The translations under genes and the position numbers were made by a program. The notes beneath the pieces are model-generated. The model was given only the letters and a program-made list of their open reading frames with translations, had not been told where the DNA came from and ran no database searches. From the NCBI GenBank assembly GCA_965221905.1, contig OZ244922.1, positions 97,394 to 161,393 on the forward strand: a stretch of DNA of 64,000 bases, read 5' to 3'. Below, piece by piece: positions 38,623-47,474 of the stretch. Every line of letters begins with the position of its first letter. The first letter of the stretch is position 1. This DNA is from Chloroflexota bacterium. GTDB taxonomy: Bacteria; Chloroflexota; UBA11872; VXOZ01.

Positions 38623-39858
38623 CTACGCTTGGGCTCGGGCCATGCGCAACCGGGCCAGAGGTCGGTCATTGATCGGCAGGTGAACTAGGGCGGCGAATAT
38701 GCCGAAGCCGACTCCCGCCCACCACATGGCGTCATAGGAACCTGTGCGGTCGTAGAGCAATCCGCCCAACCACACGCCAAGAAAGCCACCGACCTGATGG
38801 CTCAGAAAGACGATGCCGAACAGGGTGGCCATGAACTTGAGCCCGAACATCTGCGCCACTATGCCCGTGGTCAAAGGCACCGTTGAGAGCCAGAGCAGTC
38901 CCATAGACGCGGCAAATAGGTAGATTGTCAGTTCGTTGGTCGGGGCGAGCAGCAGTCCCAATATGATCAGCGCCCGGCCGGAATAGATGGCGGAAAGACC
39001 GAGTTTCTTGGAGTATCGTTGCCCGAACGCGCCTGAAAGCAGTGAACCGATGATGTTGAACAGGCCTACTATGGAGAGCGCGTATGCGCCTGCGCGCGCC
39101 GAGAGACCGAGATCGGTCACGAACGTGGGGAAATGTGCGGTGATAAACGCAACATGGAACCCGCACACGAAGAAACCCGCCGTTAGGAGCAAGAAGCTCC
39201 GATGACGCAGCGCCTCGCCCAAGGCATCGGTCAGGCCCTGGTCCGACGCCGGTTCTCCTCTTGATTCCGAGCCGCCTGGAAGGGTGAACGCCAGGGGGAC
39301 CAAAACCAAGGCCACGACAGACATTACCAATAGGGAGTCGTACCAGCCGTAACGGGATATCAGGGTCTGATTGATCGGAGAAAAGAGCACTTGGCCCAGG
39401 GATCCTGCGGCGGTGCCAAGCCCCAATGCCATGGACCGCCGTTCCGGCCCGATAATACGGGCAACGGCCGCCAACACGAGGGAGTAGGAGCAGAAGGCCA
39501 CTCCCAAACCAACGAGAACTCCTCCGGTCAGGAATAGTGCGAGCCCGCTGTCAGACATCGCCATTCCGGCAACGCCAATAGCGTACACCACCGCCCCCAG
39601 GGCGACTACCCTGGCCGTACCGAACCGGTCCGCAATCGCTCCGGCTACCGGAACGCCAATGCCCCACAATAGATTCTGGATCGCCAGCGCCAGCGAAAAG
39701 GTCTCCCGCGACCAGCCGTTCTCACTTGTCATCGGCGCCAGATAGAGGCCGAAGCTGGACCGGATTCCGAACCCGATGAGAGAGATCAGACATGCCGCCG
39801 CGATCACCGCTGGCACGGTAAGGCGTCCGGAAAAAACGTTTGTGGAGGTAAGGCTCAA
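38623..39858 (-). CDS. MFS transporter
   Basis: 411 aa; 12 predicted TM helices; MFS loop motifs (GAIADRFG). Confidence 0.8.
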   Translation of the reverse strand: MSLTSTNVFSGRLTVPAVIAAACLISLIGFGIRSSFGLYLAPMTSENGWSRETFSLALAIQNLLWGIGVPVAGAIADRFGTARVVALGAVVYAIGVAGMAMSDSGLALFLTGGVLVGLGVAFCSYSLVLAAVARIIGPERRSMALGLGTAAGSLGQVLFSPINQTLISRYGWYDSLLVMSVVALVLVPLAFTLPGGSESRGEPASDQGLTDALGEALRHRSFLLLTAGFFVCGFHVAFITAHFPTFVTDLGLSARAGAYALSIVGLFNIIGSLLSGAFGQRYSKKLGLSAIYSGRALIILGLLLAPTNELTIYLFAASMGLLWLSTVPLTTGIVAQMFGLKFMATLFGIVFLSHQVGGFLGVWLGGLLYDRTGSYDAMWWAGVGFGIFAALVHLPINDRPLARLRMARAQA

Positions 39859-40096
39859 GAGAGTTTGCTCCGCAGCAACGGAACGTGGTGGCAGGCGCGA
39901 AGTTCAAGCGTTCGCTGCCGGCGATTCGAACTGATGGAGGACTGAACCTCTCAGCCGAAAGACGTTCAACGCTGCCGTTCCTCGGCGACGAGTCGATCCT
40001 AGGAGCAGCCTGCCCGCCGGCCCAAATGATCAACTTTCTATCTGTCTGTTTTCACTGCAAACGCAGTTCTAGAGTGCGACGTGAAAATCATCGGGC

Positions 40097-41374
40097 TCAC
40101 TTGAATCGGCTAAGACCTGACTGGTCGACCAAAAGGCCAAAGAGCTTTCGTTCTCCACTGCTACCAGGGACGTATTCTTCCGAAGTGAATTTGCCGTCTT
40201 CTAGCTCAATCTTCTCAAATACGTCGCAAAACACCTCACGCAACACAATCTCTCCCCTTCTTTCCTGAGAATTGTACGCTATCCTCATAAAGCGCATTAG
40301 TGCTCCAAATCCCGTCGTGCGATTGAGAATGTTACCTCTAAATACATGGTCCCAGGAATTGGGCCACTTTGCTTGAACTGCCAAGAAATAGTTCCAAAGT
40401 ATAAGTGCTATATTGACATCCACTTCATTTATGAACCAATTTCTGAAAATCTGCCAATCAGTGTCCTTGCCGGAAATCCGGCTTAACTTTCTTCCGCGTC
40501 GCAGAGTATCACGATCGCCCATCGGATCTCTCGAAATGTACCTCAGCAAACGATCCACAAAAGTAGCCTGAGTTATAGTCTCTTGATCCTTTCCACTGCC
40601 CGTGCCCAGCATCTTCACTTTGGAGAAAAACGGACTTCCTCGCCTGTAGTTCAAGAATCGCACTATGTCGTGAGCCGTTCGCTGAGGACTACGGGTCTTA
40701 GTGAATTCGTACAAGTCATATGCCAAGGACTTGTTGACCTTGGTCTGTTTCAGATTGATCGTAGCAAACACCATAGCTTGATCCTGCAAATCCATATCAA
40801 TAAACACCGACACATTCACATCAAACTGGGGGCCTTCATACCCCTTCAGACCAGCAATGCGATGCTGTCCATCGATAATCTTTGCAGCCTTGCAATGACG
40901 GTCAATCGATATCGTAGAAGTCTCCTCATCATAGGAGGCTTGGTTGGACGACACTGCGATCAAGACCGAAGTGGGGAACGCGGCATCCTGGGTTCCAACA
41001 TATTGTCGGATCTCCTTAACTCTTCTTTGGCTCAGCTCTCTTTGTATTCCCAAGAATTCTTCAAAGTCTTGTTCATCAGCATTGAGGAATGCCTTGTCCA
41101 TTTCTTCGATCACTGAGTCGTCAACTTGGGAGGAGTCAATACTCGGCAGCAGGGGGACTTCTCCTTGGGGAGAAGCGGAATCTCCGATATCGCCTGCAAT
41201 CCTACGAATGTCTGCCCAAGCAATGTCTACAAGATCAGATGCACACATGGTGCCAATGTAGAAAGTCCCTATCGGTTGGGTTACTGGCAAACACGGGAAC
41301 TTGACTTTCGAATGGTCCTCAGTCATTGTAGGGCCTCTAGAATTCTCAACTAGTGATTTTAGGTCTGAGAGCAT
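40097..41374 (-). CDS. DGQHR-domain protein (DndB-like, ParB/sulfiredoxin-type fold)
   Basis: 425 aa; signature IIDGQHRIAG; GC about 47%. Confidence 0.8.
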   Translation of the reverse strand: MLSDLKSLVENSRGPTMTEDHSKVKFPCLPVTQPIGTFYIGTMCASDLVDIAWADIRRIAGDIGDSASPQGEVPLLPSIDSSQVDDSVIEEMDKAFLNADEQDFEEFLGIQRELSQRRVKEIRQYVGTQDAAFPTSVLIAVSSNQASYDEETSTISIDRHCKAAKIIDGQHRIAGLKGYEGPQFDVNVSVFIDMDLQDQAMVFATINLKQTKVNKSLAYDLYEFTKTRSPQRTAHDIVRFLNYRRGSPFFSKVKMLGTGSGKDQETITQATFVDRLLRYISRDPMGDRDTLRRGRKLSRISGKDTDWQIFRNWFINEVDVNIALILWNYFLAVQAKWPNSWDHVFRGNILNRTTGFGALMRFMRIAYNSQERRGEIVLREVFCDVFEKIELEDGKFTSEEYVPGSSGERKLFGLLVDQSGLSRFK

Positions 41375-41380
41375 GTCTGG

Positions 41381-41941
41381 CTATGTAGGGTCGTCTTCCA
41401 GTGACCGCTGCTCGCGATTGAACTCCTCTTCGAGCTTTCCTTGTCGGTTAGACCGTTCTTCCGCAACATTGAGTTCGTTGTATGCATTCTCGTGAACGTC
41501 CACGAAGAATGTCGCCGTCAGCGCGACAAGATAGATTGTGATGCTTAAAGTACGAAGAAAGGGAACGTTAATGTGTAAGTCACCTATTCTCAATGAATCT
41601 ACCACTGTCAGCCCGCTAAAAATTCCTGCAGCCACTATCAAACAGATTAGTATCAGCCACAGGTATAGTATCTTCTCTTGCCCCGATTCCCTTTTAAACA
41701 ATGGATACAGGATTGGCGATAGCGCCGCAGCAGCGTAGATAGCAAATTGGCCATTGTCGAGAAAGGTACCAAAAGCGATTGGCTGGCTGATCAAGAGTAG
41801 CAGCAAGACACTAAGCCAGACAGGCATTAGAGCTCCCATGGCGTAAAAGCCAATCGATAGCAGGGCATGCAGATAGTGCTCTTTCCGAGCCTGAGTGAGG
41901 ATGATCTTGAGCATCTTCAGGCTTTCTCCTGTGTAGGCCAT
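41381..41941 (-). CDS. Polytopic small membrane protein, hypothetical
   Basis: 186 aa; 4-5 TM helices; overlaps the upstream methyltransferase by 25 nt; low GC. Confidence 0.5.
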   Translation of the reverse strand: MAYTGESLKMLKIILTQARKEHYLHALLSIGFYAMGALMPVWLSVLLLLLISQPIAFGTFLDNGQFAIYAAAALSPILYPLFKRESGQEKILYLWLILICLIVAAGIFSGLTVVDSLRIGDLHINVPFLRTLSITIYLVALTATFFVDVHENAYNELNVAEERSNRQGKLEEEFNREQRSLEDDPT

Positions 41942-43068
41942 TTGAGAATGTATAGGTACTCATGGGCCAATAGGAATCCATCGGAGGACCAAAAATAGAA
42001 CTCGCTTGATCGATCACGGTGTTGAGTCTTGACTACTATGTCTTCAAGTTGAAATCCGGCCTTTGTGAAGGCGTCAAGGGTCCTAGCGCCTAGTGGAATG
42101 ATCTGCCCATTTCGCCTCACGTCACCGATCAATACTGCGCAAACGTTATTGGAGGCCAAGTAAGGAGTAGCGCCTTCAGCAAAGGTGGTGATACGTTCAA
42201 GGAAATCCCCAGGTTCTTTAATCTGCGACAAGTCTTCAGGAAGCCCGTTGGTGTAGGTCAATGCATCAAGATATGGAGGATGTACGCACAGCAAGTTGAC
42301 AGTGCCGGGTCGAATGTCATTGTAAGTAGCGCTGTCTTTTGCAAAGGTGGAATCTCCAAAAATGAGCTGAGGCCTATAGTGTGATTCAATCCTTGCACGG
42401 CTGTCCTGCTTAGATAATAATTCCATGCGCTCCAAGCGGGCGGAGGCGGTTTGGTGAGCTAGCTTGCTAACGTCGATGCCAACGCTGTGTCTGTTCAAGA
42501 GCCATGCCTCGATAAGAGTCGTTCCACCACCCATGAAGGCGTCCAAGACTAATTCTCCAGGCTTCGTGTACTTCAGTATGATGTTCCTTACCAATTGTGG
42601 TGGCCAGTTGCCTCGGTAGTCTCCAATGTGCACAGCCCAGCTTCCACGATTAGGAAAATCCCATAAAGTGGTTGTCTCTAACTTGAAATCAGGAGGTTCC
42701 CAAGTTCTGACGGACAAAATGGGCGGAGGGGCATACTTGTTGTCTCCTCGCTCTACTGAGGACCTGATTGCACGATCGATGACAGTCCATGAAAACAACA
42801 ACTGGCCATTCCCGGATTGAAACAGTTGCATGATCTTCTTTAGCGAAAGGCCATGGCGACGGAAATCAATAAAGAGCCCAACCCAGGTTGTCCACTCTTC
42901 GATATGGCTCTTTTTCATGTGGGGAACAATAGATCTCTTGAGGTGCTCTCCACAGAAACAGACAACGACTCGTTTACTTCCTACTTTTATAACACGGACC
43001 GAGTCAAGGAGTTTTGGACGGAGGCTGTTAGGGTCGAAGGAACAATCGGTATGATCCGGCTTAACCAT
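41917..43068 (-). CDS. DNA methyltransferase (N6-adenine/N4-cytosine, PF01555-like) with N-terminal Cys/His zinc-finger-like segment
   Basis: 383 aa; SAM-binding LVLDAFMGGGTT then catalytic LLCVHPPY; N-terminus C..C.C....H.....H. Confidence 0.75.
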   Translation of the reverse strand: MVKPDHTDCSFDPNSLRPKLLDSVRVIKVGSKRVVVCFCGEHLKRSIVPHMKKSHIEEWTTWVGLFIDFRRHGLSLKKIMQLFQSGNGQLLFSWTVIDRAIRSSVERGDNKYAPPPILSVRTWEPPDFKLETTTLWDFPNRGSWAVHIGDYRGNWPPQLVRNIILKYTKPGELVLDAFMGGGTTLIEAWLLNRHSVGIDVSKLAHQTASARLERMELLSKQDSRARIESHYRPQLIFGDSTFAKDSATYNDIRPGTVNLLCVHPPYLDALTYTNGLPEDLSQIKEPGDFLERITTFAEGATPYLASNNVCAVLIGDVRRNGQIIPLGARTLDAFTKAGFQLEDIVVKTQHRDRSSEFYFWSSDGFLLAHEYLYILKWPTQEKA

Positions 43069-43491
43069 GAGACACTCCTTGCAGCCTCGTGTATCTCTGT
43101 CTGTGCCAAGTGAGTACTTGCAGTAATATAGCCCAACAAGGCGGTGTCTACAAGCTGTGAGCTAGTCCCAGACCTTCATTGATTAGTCCCCTATAAGACG
43201 GCGGCCTGAGAGGATTATGCAGACGGCCTAGAGAATCCGTTTCCGGTACCACTTGCCCCAATGGAATGGCGAAGGACTGGGGAAAGCTTGGCCCACCGGC
43301 GATATGTTTTAGCCCTTTAATGGGAGCCGACACATGCGCTCCCTTACAGAGTACCCTCCAGCGTTCGAGGAACAGAACAGTACGCATAGCCCCCTTAAGG
43401 CCAGCGTAAAGCGCAGCCGCAAGCCTGGGGGCAAAGCGCATGGCGTCGGCAACGTCACTTGCAACTGCTGAGATAGTATAGAGCGCGTCGC

Positions 43492-43920
43492 CTAATCCAG
43501 CGCTGCTACCGCGTCGATTTCTACCAGCCAGTCTGTAGACGCCAGGGAGCCGATCTGGACCATGGTGGCGGCCGGGAAGGGTGCTTCCAGGATTTCGTTG
43601 CGCACCATGGTGATGGTCTCGCGGAAGCGAATATCGGTGACGTACATATTCATGAAGACGACGTTATTGAACGTCGCGCCGGCGGCCTCCAAGAGGGCCT
43701 GGATGTTGTCAAAGACCTGGCGCACCTGCGCTTCGATATCGCCCGCGCCGACAATACTGCCGTCGCCGGCCGTCGGCCCTTGACCGGCAATGTAAAGCAT
43801 CTCGTTGGCTTGCACGCGCAGGGCCATCGAGTATGGCGCGGAAGGCTGCGACATGCCTGCGCCAAGTAGGGGTTCTTTTTTCATTGTGGGAGTTCCCTTC
43901 TCTTGTGGAATTGCGATCAC
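43492..43920 (-). CDS. RidA/YjgF-family protein
   Basis: 142 aa; PSAPYSMALRV...YIAGQ...VFMNMYVTD...IGSLASTDWLVEIDAVAA. Confidence 0.8.
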   Translation of the reverse strand: MIAIPQEKGTPTMKKEPLLGAGMSQPSAPYSMALRVQANEMLYIAGQGPTAGDGSIVGAGDIEAQVRQVFDNIQALLEAAGATFNNVVFMNMYVTDIRFRETITMVRNEILEAPFPAATMVQIGSLASTDWLVEIDAVAALD

Positions 43921-44278
43921 ATTTCATACAACGGGCATTATAGCCGCTGAATAGGCAATCTCCAAGACGATTGAGGCCTCCCCGTGCCTGGATGGTGGGA
44001 TTCGTGAGGGTTGAGATTGGCGCAAGCGTTAGCGATGATGTTCCTGTCACGTGCGATGCTGCCGCGATACACTCCGCAATGCAGTGCCCCGCCTGTACAT
44101 GCTGCCCAGGGTCTTCACGTTGCTCTATGCTCGTATGGCATATAGGCAATAAGGGTGTGGATGCGCCATCGCGGGAGGTGGTGTGGTACATTTGTGGCTA
44201 ATGAAGGATGATGCCTCAATTGGAGTGACCCGCCAATTGAGGCATTTGTGGACGAAGGATGGGTAAGGAGTTGCTGCT

Positions 44279-45097
44279 ATGGCAGAATCGACCGCCACCG
44301 AGCCAGTCTTGAGCGATGCACAAATGGCGTCCTACCATGAAAACGGCTACCTGGTGCTCCCAAACGTGCTGTCGGCGCAGGAACTCGCGGCGCTGCGGGC
44401 AGCCGCCGACGCGCTGAACGAGGAGCGACTTCGTCGCGGCGGCGCGGAGCGCACCGTTGCCATACACGACGTAATCTTCTTGCAGGAAGCATTCATGGAA
44501 GCCGCCCACCACCCGGCGCTCGTGGGAGCTGCCGTGCAGCTTATCGGCGAGAACTTGCATCTGCTCCAGGCGCGGGTTCACTGGAAGCCCATCGCGAAAG
44601 GCGAAGGCGCCGTGGACTGGCATCAGGACTACCCTTTTCTGCCGCTGACCAATTACGACCTGCTGGCCGTGACCTTCCTGCTCGACGATACGACGGTGCA
44701 GAACGGTGCGTTGCAGGCTATCCCCGGCAGCCATGTGCGCGGCCCGCTGAATCACCACGACGCAGGCGGTACTTTTGTGGGGCGCTGCACGACAGCCGGC
44801 GATTACGCCCCGGACGTTGCCAACGGCAACCTATACGATTTGGTAGGCCCTGCAGGCAGCATGACAATCCACCACGGAAACCTGCTGCATTACACACACC
44901 CGAATAACGGCGACACCCCGCGCCGGGCGTTGGTCTACCAAATTGCGGCAGGCGATGCGAGGCTGCTCGGCGGCAACTTCTACAAAGTCTGGCCGGTCTA
45001 TCTTCACGGAAGCGACCCTTTGGTAGCGCGCTTTTTGGACGGTTCGACGCAGCGCTTGCCCCTGTCCTTTTGCAACCTGGGAGGGTTGGACCGGTGA
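44279..45097 (+). CDS. Phytanoyl-CoA dioxygenase (PhyH) family Fe(II)/2-oxoglutarate oxygenase
   Basis: 272 aa; YHENGYLVLPNVLS N-terminus, WHQDYPF His/Asp motif region. Confidence 0.7.
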   Translation: MAESTATEPVLSDAQMASYHENGYLVLPNVLSAQELAALRAAADALNEERLRRGGAERTVAIHDVIFLQEAFMEAAHHPALVGAAVQLIGENLHLLQARVHWKPIAKGEGAVDWHQDYPFLPLTNYDLLAVTFLLDDTTVQNGALQAIPGSHVRGPLNHHDAGGTFVGRCTTAGDYAPDVANGNLYDLVGPAGSMTIHHGNLLHYTHPNNGDTPRRALVYQIAAGDARLLGGNFYKVWPVYLHGSDPLVARFLDGSTQRLPLSFCNLGGLDR

Positions 45098-45186
45098 GAC
45101 GTTGACTTTAACGGAAACTGGACTCTATGATAAAAGTGCGAACAGATTTGGTGGGCACGTTCTGGGGGAACTGCTAAGGAATAAAC

Positions 45187-45654
45187 ATGTCTGGCGAACG
45201 CTATCTTCAGATCGGCGAGGTAGCAGAGCAACTCGGACTTACACCACGCACGCTCCGCTATTACGAAGAGATCGGCTTGCTCGCGCCGCCTTCCCGCATG
45301 GAGGGGGGCTTTCGGCTCTACTCTGCAGCGGATATCGTCCGCCTGGAAAATATCGTGCAACTCAAGCGGCTGCTGGGATTCTCGCTGGCCGAGATCAAGC
45401 AAGTGGTGGAGGCGATGGAGTCGCTCAAGCTCCTGAGACAGGAGAGCAAGCTAGCATCCGATCTGGAAACAAAGCGCGACACGCTGCAGAAGGCGCTGGT
45501 TATTCTGGAGCAACAGGTAGACGTGTTGGATGGCCGCTTGCGCCAGGTGGCTGAGATGCGCGACAGATTCAATGAGCGCTCACTGCGCGTGCGGGAACGG
45601 CTGGAGCAAATCGAAGCCGAACTCCAAGTAGTGTTAGTGAACACCTCTTCCTAG
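45187..45654 (+). CDS. MerR-family transcriptional regulator
   Basis: 155 aa; LQIGEVAEQLGLTPRTLRYYEEIGLL HTH; C-terminal coiled coil. Confidence 0.85.
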   Translation: MSGERYLQIGEVAEQLGLTPRTLRYYEEIGLLAPPSRMEGGFRLYSAADIVRLENIVQLKRLLGFSLAEIKQVVEAMESLKLLRQESKLASDLETKRDTLQKALVILEQQVDVLDGRLRQVAEMRDRFNERSLRVRERLEQIEAELQVVLVNTSS

Positions 45655-45774
45655 CATTAAGAATCTGATTAGGCAGCTACGCTAGGGCTTTCAAGCGAAG
45701 AATGCGCCGGGGGTGCCGTCATTCCTGTAAGTGTTGACTAATTCGTTGACAGTTTCATCAGTCCAATTGAAACC

Positions 45775-46050
45775 ATGAGAAGTAGAAGACGTTCAACTCC
45801 GTCATTCCGGCGCAAGCCGGAATCCATCTTCGCCGCACCCTCTGGACTCCGGCTTTCGCCGGAGTGACGATTCTCGTGCCGCCTGCGATATTAGTCTTTG
45901 ATGCATGAGCTGTCATTGCTCGTGATGCAGCAACCCAATGTGTTTGCAGCCGATACGAGGACACTATCTCTTTTTGTTTCATGTTCCCATTTGTCAACGA
46001 AATACCTAACACTTACATTTTCCGGCGGAAGCCGGAATCCAGGTCTCCCG
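45775..46050. repeat. Cluster of GTCATTCC-type GNRA-hairpin repeats (two copies)
   Basis: ccgtcattccggcgcaagccggaatcc...ctggactccggctttcgccggagtgacg at 45778-45850; tttccggcggaagccggaatcc at 46017-46043. Confidence 0.75.
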
Positions 46051-46353
46051 CGATACGATGTCCTCACCAGAGTATTGGCCCTGAGTTTGCCAAGAGCACG
46101 CCGTTATGGGGCCGTATGCGATGCTGTGATAGCGTGTCGTTCGCACCATCCTACTTCTCTTGGCGTACCGTGATCCCTCACCAACTCTCCGGTCGGTGCG
46201 ATCGCCTTGCGTTGGCATGTGTACTCCCCGACTATTGTTTCGGTACTGTGTAAGCGCGGCCCTTACAAGGGGCCGTACCGTCATGCGGGGATTGACTGAG
46301 TGAGAGTACATGAAATCAAATCGGTTGCACACTGCCCATGAAGGGAACAGCGC

Positions 46354-47397
46354 ATGGCAATTCAAGACCAGACGACGATTGCAGTAAAGACCTTTCAACA
46401 GGCCCTTGATGCCCTGCCGCGAGCGCAATTGGCAAATCTCCCCACGCCGCTGGACTATTGTCCGCGCCTCACGGCGCATTTGGGCGGCTCCGACGTCTAT
46501 ATCAAACGCGATGACCTTACCGGGCTGGCGCTCGGCGGCAACAAGACCCGCAACCTGGAGTTTCTCTTTGGGGAAGCCATTGCGCAGGGAGCGGACTGCA
46601 TCATTACCGGCGCCTATCCGCAATCGAACCAATGCCGGCAGACGGCGGCGGCTGCGGCGAAACTGGGGCTGGAATGCTATCTGGTGTTGGGTGCGTTGCG
46701 CCACCGGGCGGACGTGCAGGGCAACCTGCTCCTCGACCACCTTTTTGGCGCGCACGTGGAAGTGGCGGCGGACGCTGACGACATGGGCGTGCAGACCATC
46801 ATCGACGAGCGCGTGGAGTCGCTCGAAGCCCAGGGTAGACGGCCTTACCGCTTCACGAATAAGTACCCCGAACTGGCCGTAAAGTCAGTGGCGGGCTACC
46901 TGAGCGGCATGCTGGAGTTGCACGGGCAATTGGAGCGCCTGCCTGAACAGCCGACAACCATCGTCGTGACCTCCGGCTCCGGCTCTACGCACACCGGCAT
47001 TGCGGCCACGGTGAAGGCGCTGGGCCTGCCGTACCACGTCATCGGAATCTCCATCCGACCGCAGAATCCGCCGCAACGCGAACGCATTGCCGCCCTCTCC
47101 CAAAGCGCCGCGCAATACTATGGTATCCCCTGCGCCTTGACTCCGGCTGAAGTTGACGTGCGTGAGGAGTACTTCGGCGCCGGACATGGCGTAACCACCG
47201 CTGCGGGTAGGGAAGCCGTGCGCACTGTGGCGCGCACGGAAGGCATCCTGCTCGACCTTACGTACACGGGCAAGTCAATGTCCGGTCTCATAGACCTGGT
47301 GCGCAACGGCACGCTCAGCCGCGACGAACGCGTAGTATTCGTGCACACCGGCGGCATCCCGTCGCTCTTCGCCCACGCGGGCGAGGTGCTGGCGTAG
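46354..47397 (+). CDS. PLP-dependent ACC deaminase/D-cysteine desulfhydrase family enzyme
   Basis: 347 aa; LGGNKTRNLEF Lys-PLP motif characteristic of the family. Confidence 0.8.
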   Translation: MAIQDQTTIAVKTFQQALDALPRAQLANLPTPLDYCPRLTAHLGGSDVYIKRDDLTGLALGGNKTRNLEFLFGEAIAQGADCIITGAYPQSNQCRQTAAAAAKLGLECYLVLGALRHRADVQGNLLLDHLFGAHVEVAADADDMGVQTIIDERVESLEAQGRRPYRFTNKYPELAVKSVAGYLSGMLELHGQLERLPEQPTTIVVTSGSGSTHTGIAATVKALGLPYHVIGISIRPQNPPQRERIAALSQSAAQYYGIPCALTPAEVDVREEYFGAGHGVTTAAGREAVRTVARTEGILLDLTYTGKSMSGLIDLVRNGTLSRDERVVFVHTGGIPSLFAHAGEVLA

Positions 47398-47474
47398 CTA
47401 TAGAGAGTACGCTGGGGAGGACGCTCTCTGTTGCGCGCACACCTAGCTCACCAAGAGTGCAGGAGGAGATTCCC

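Noticed and set aside
43148-44201. ORFs 43148..43441, 43709..44191 and 43971..44201
   Set aside because: They are short ORFs with no homology that span the RidA-to-PhyH intergenic region. They are not supported.
45758-46012. ORF of 84 aa, minus strand
   Set aside because: It is a translation of repeat elements (VTPAKAGVQ / IPACAGMT motifs).
46006-46755. ORF of 249 aa, minus strand
   Set aside because: It overlaps the ACC-deaminase-family gene antisense and starts inside repeat sequence.
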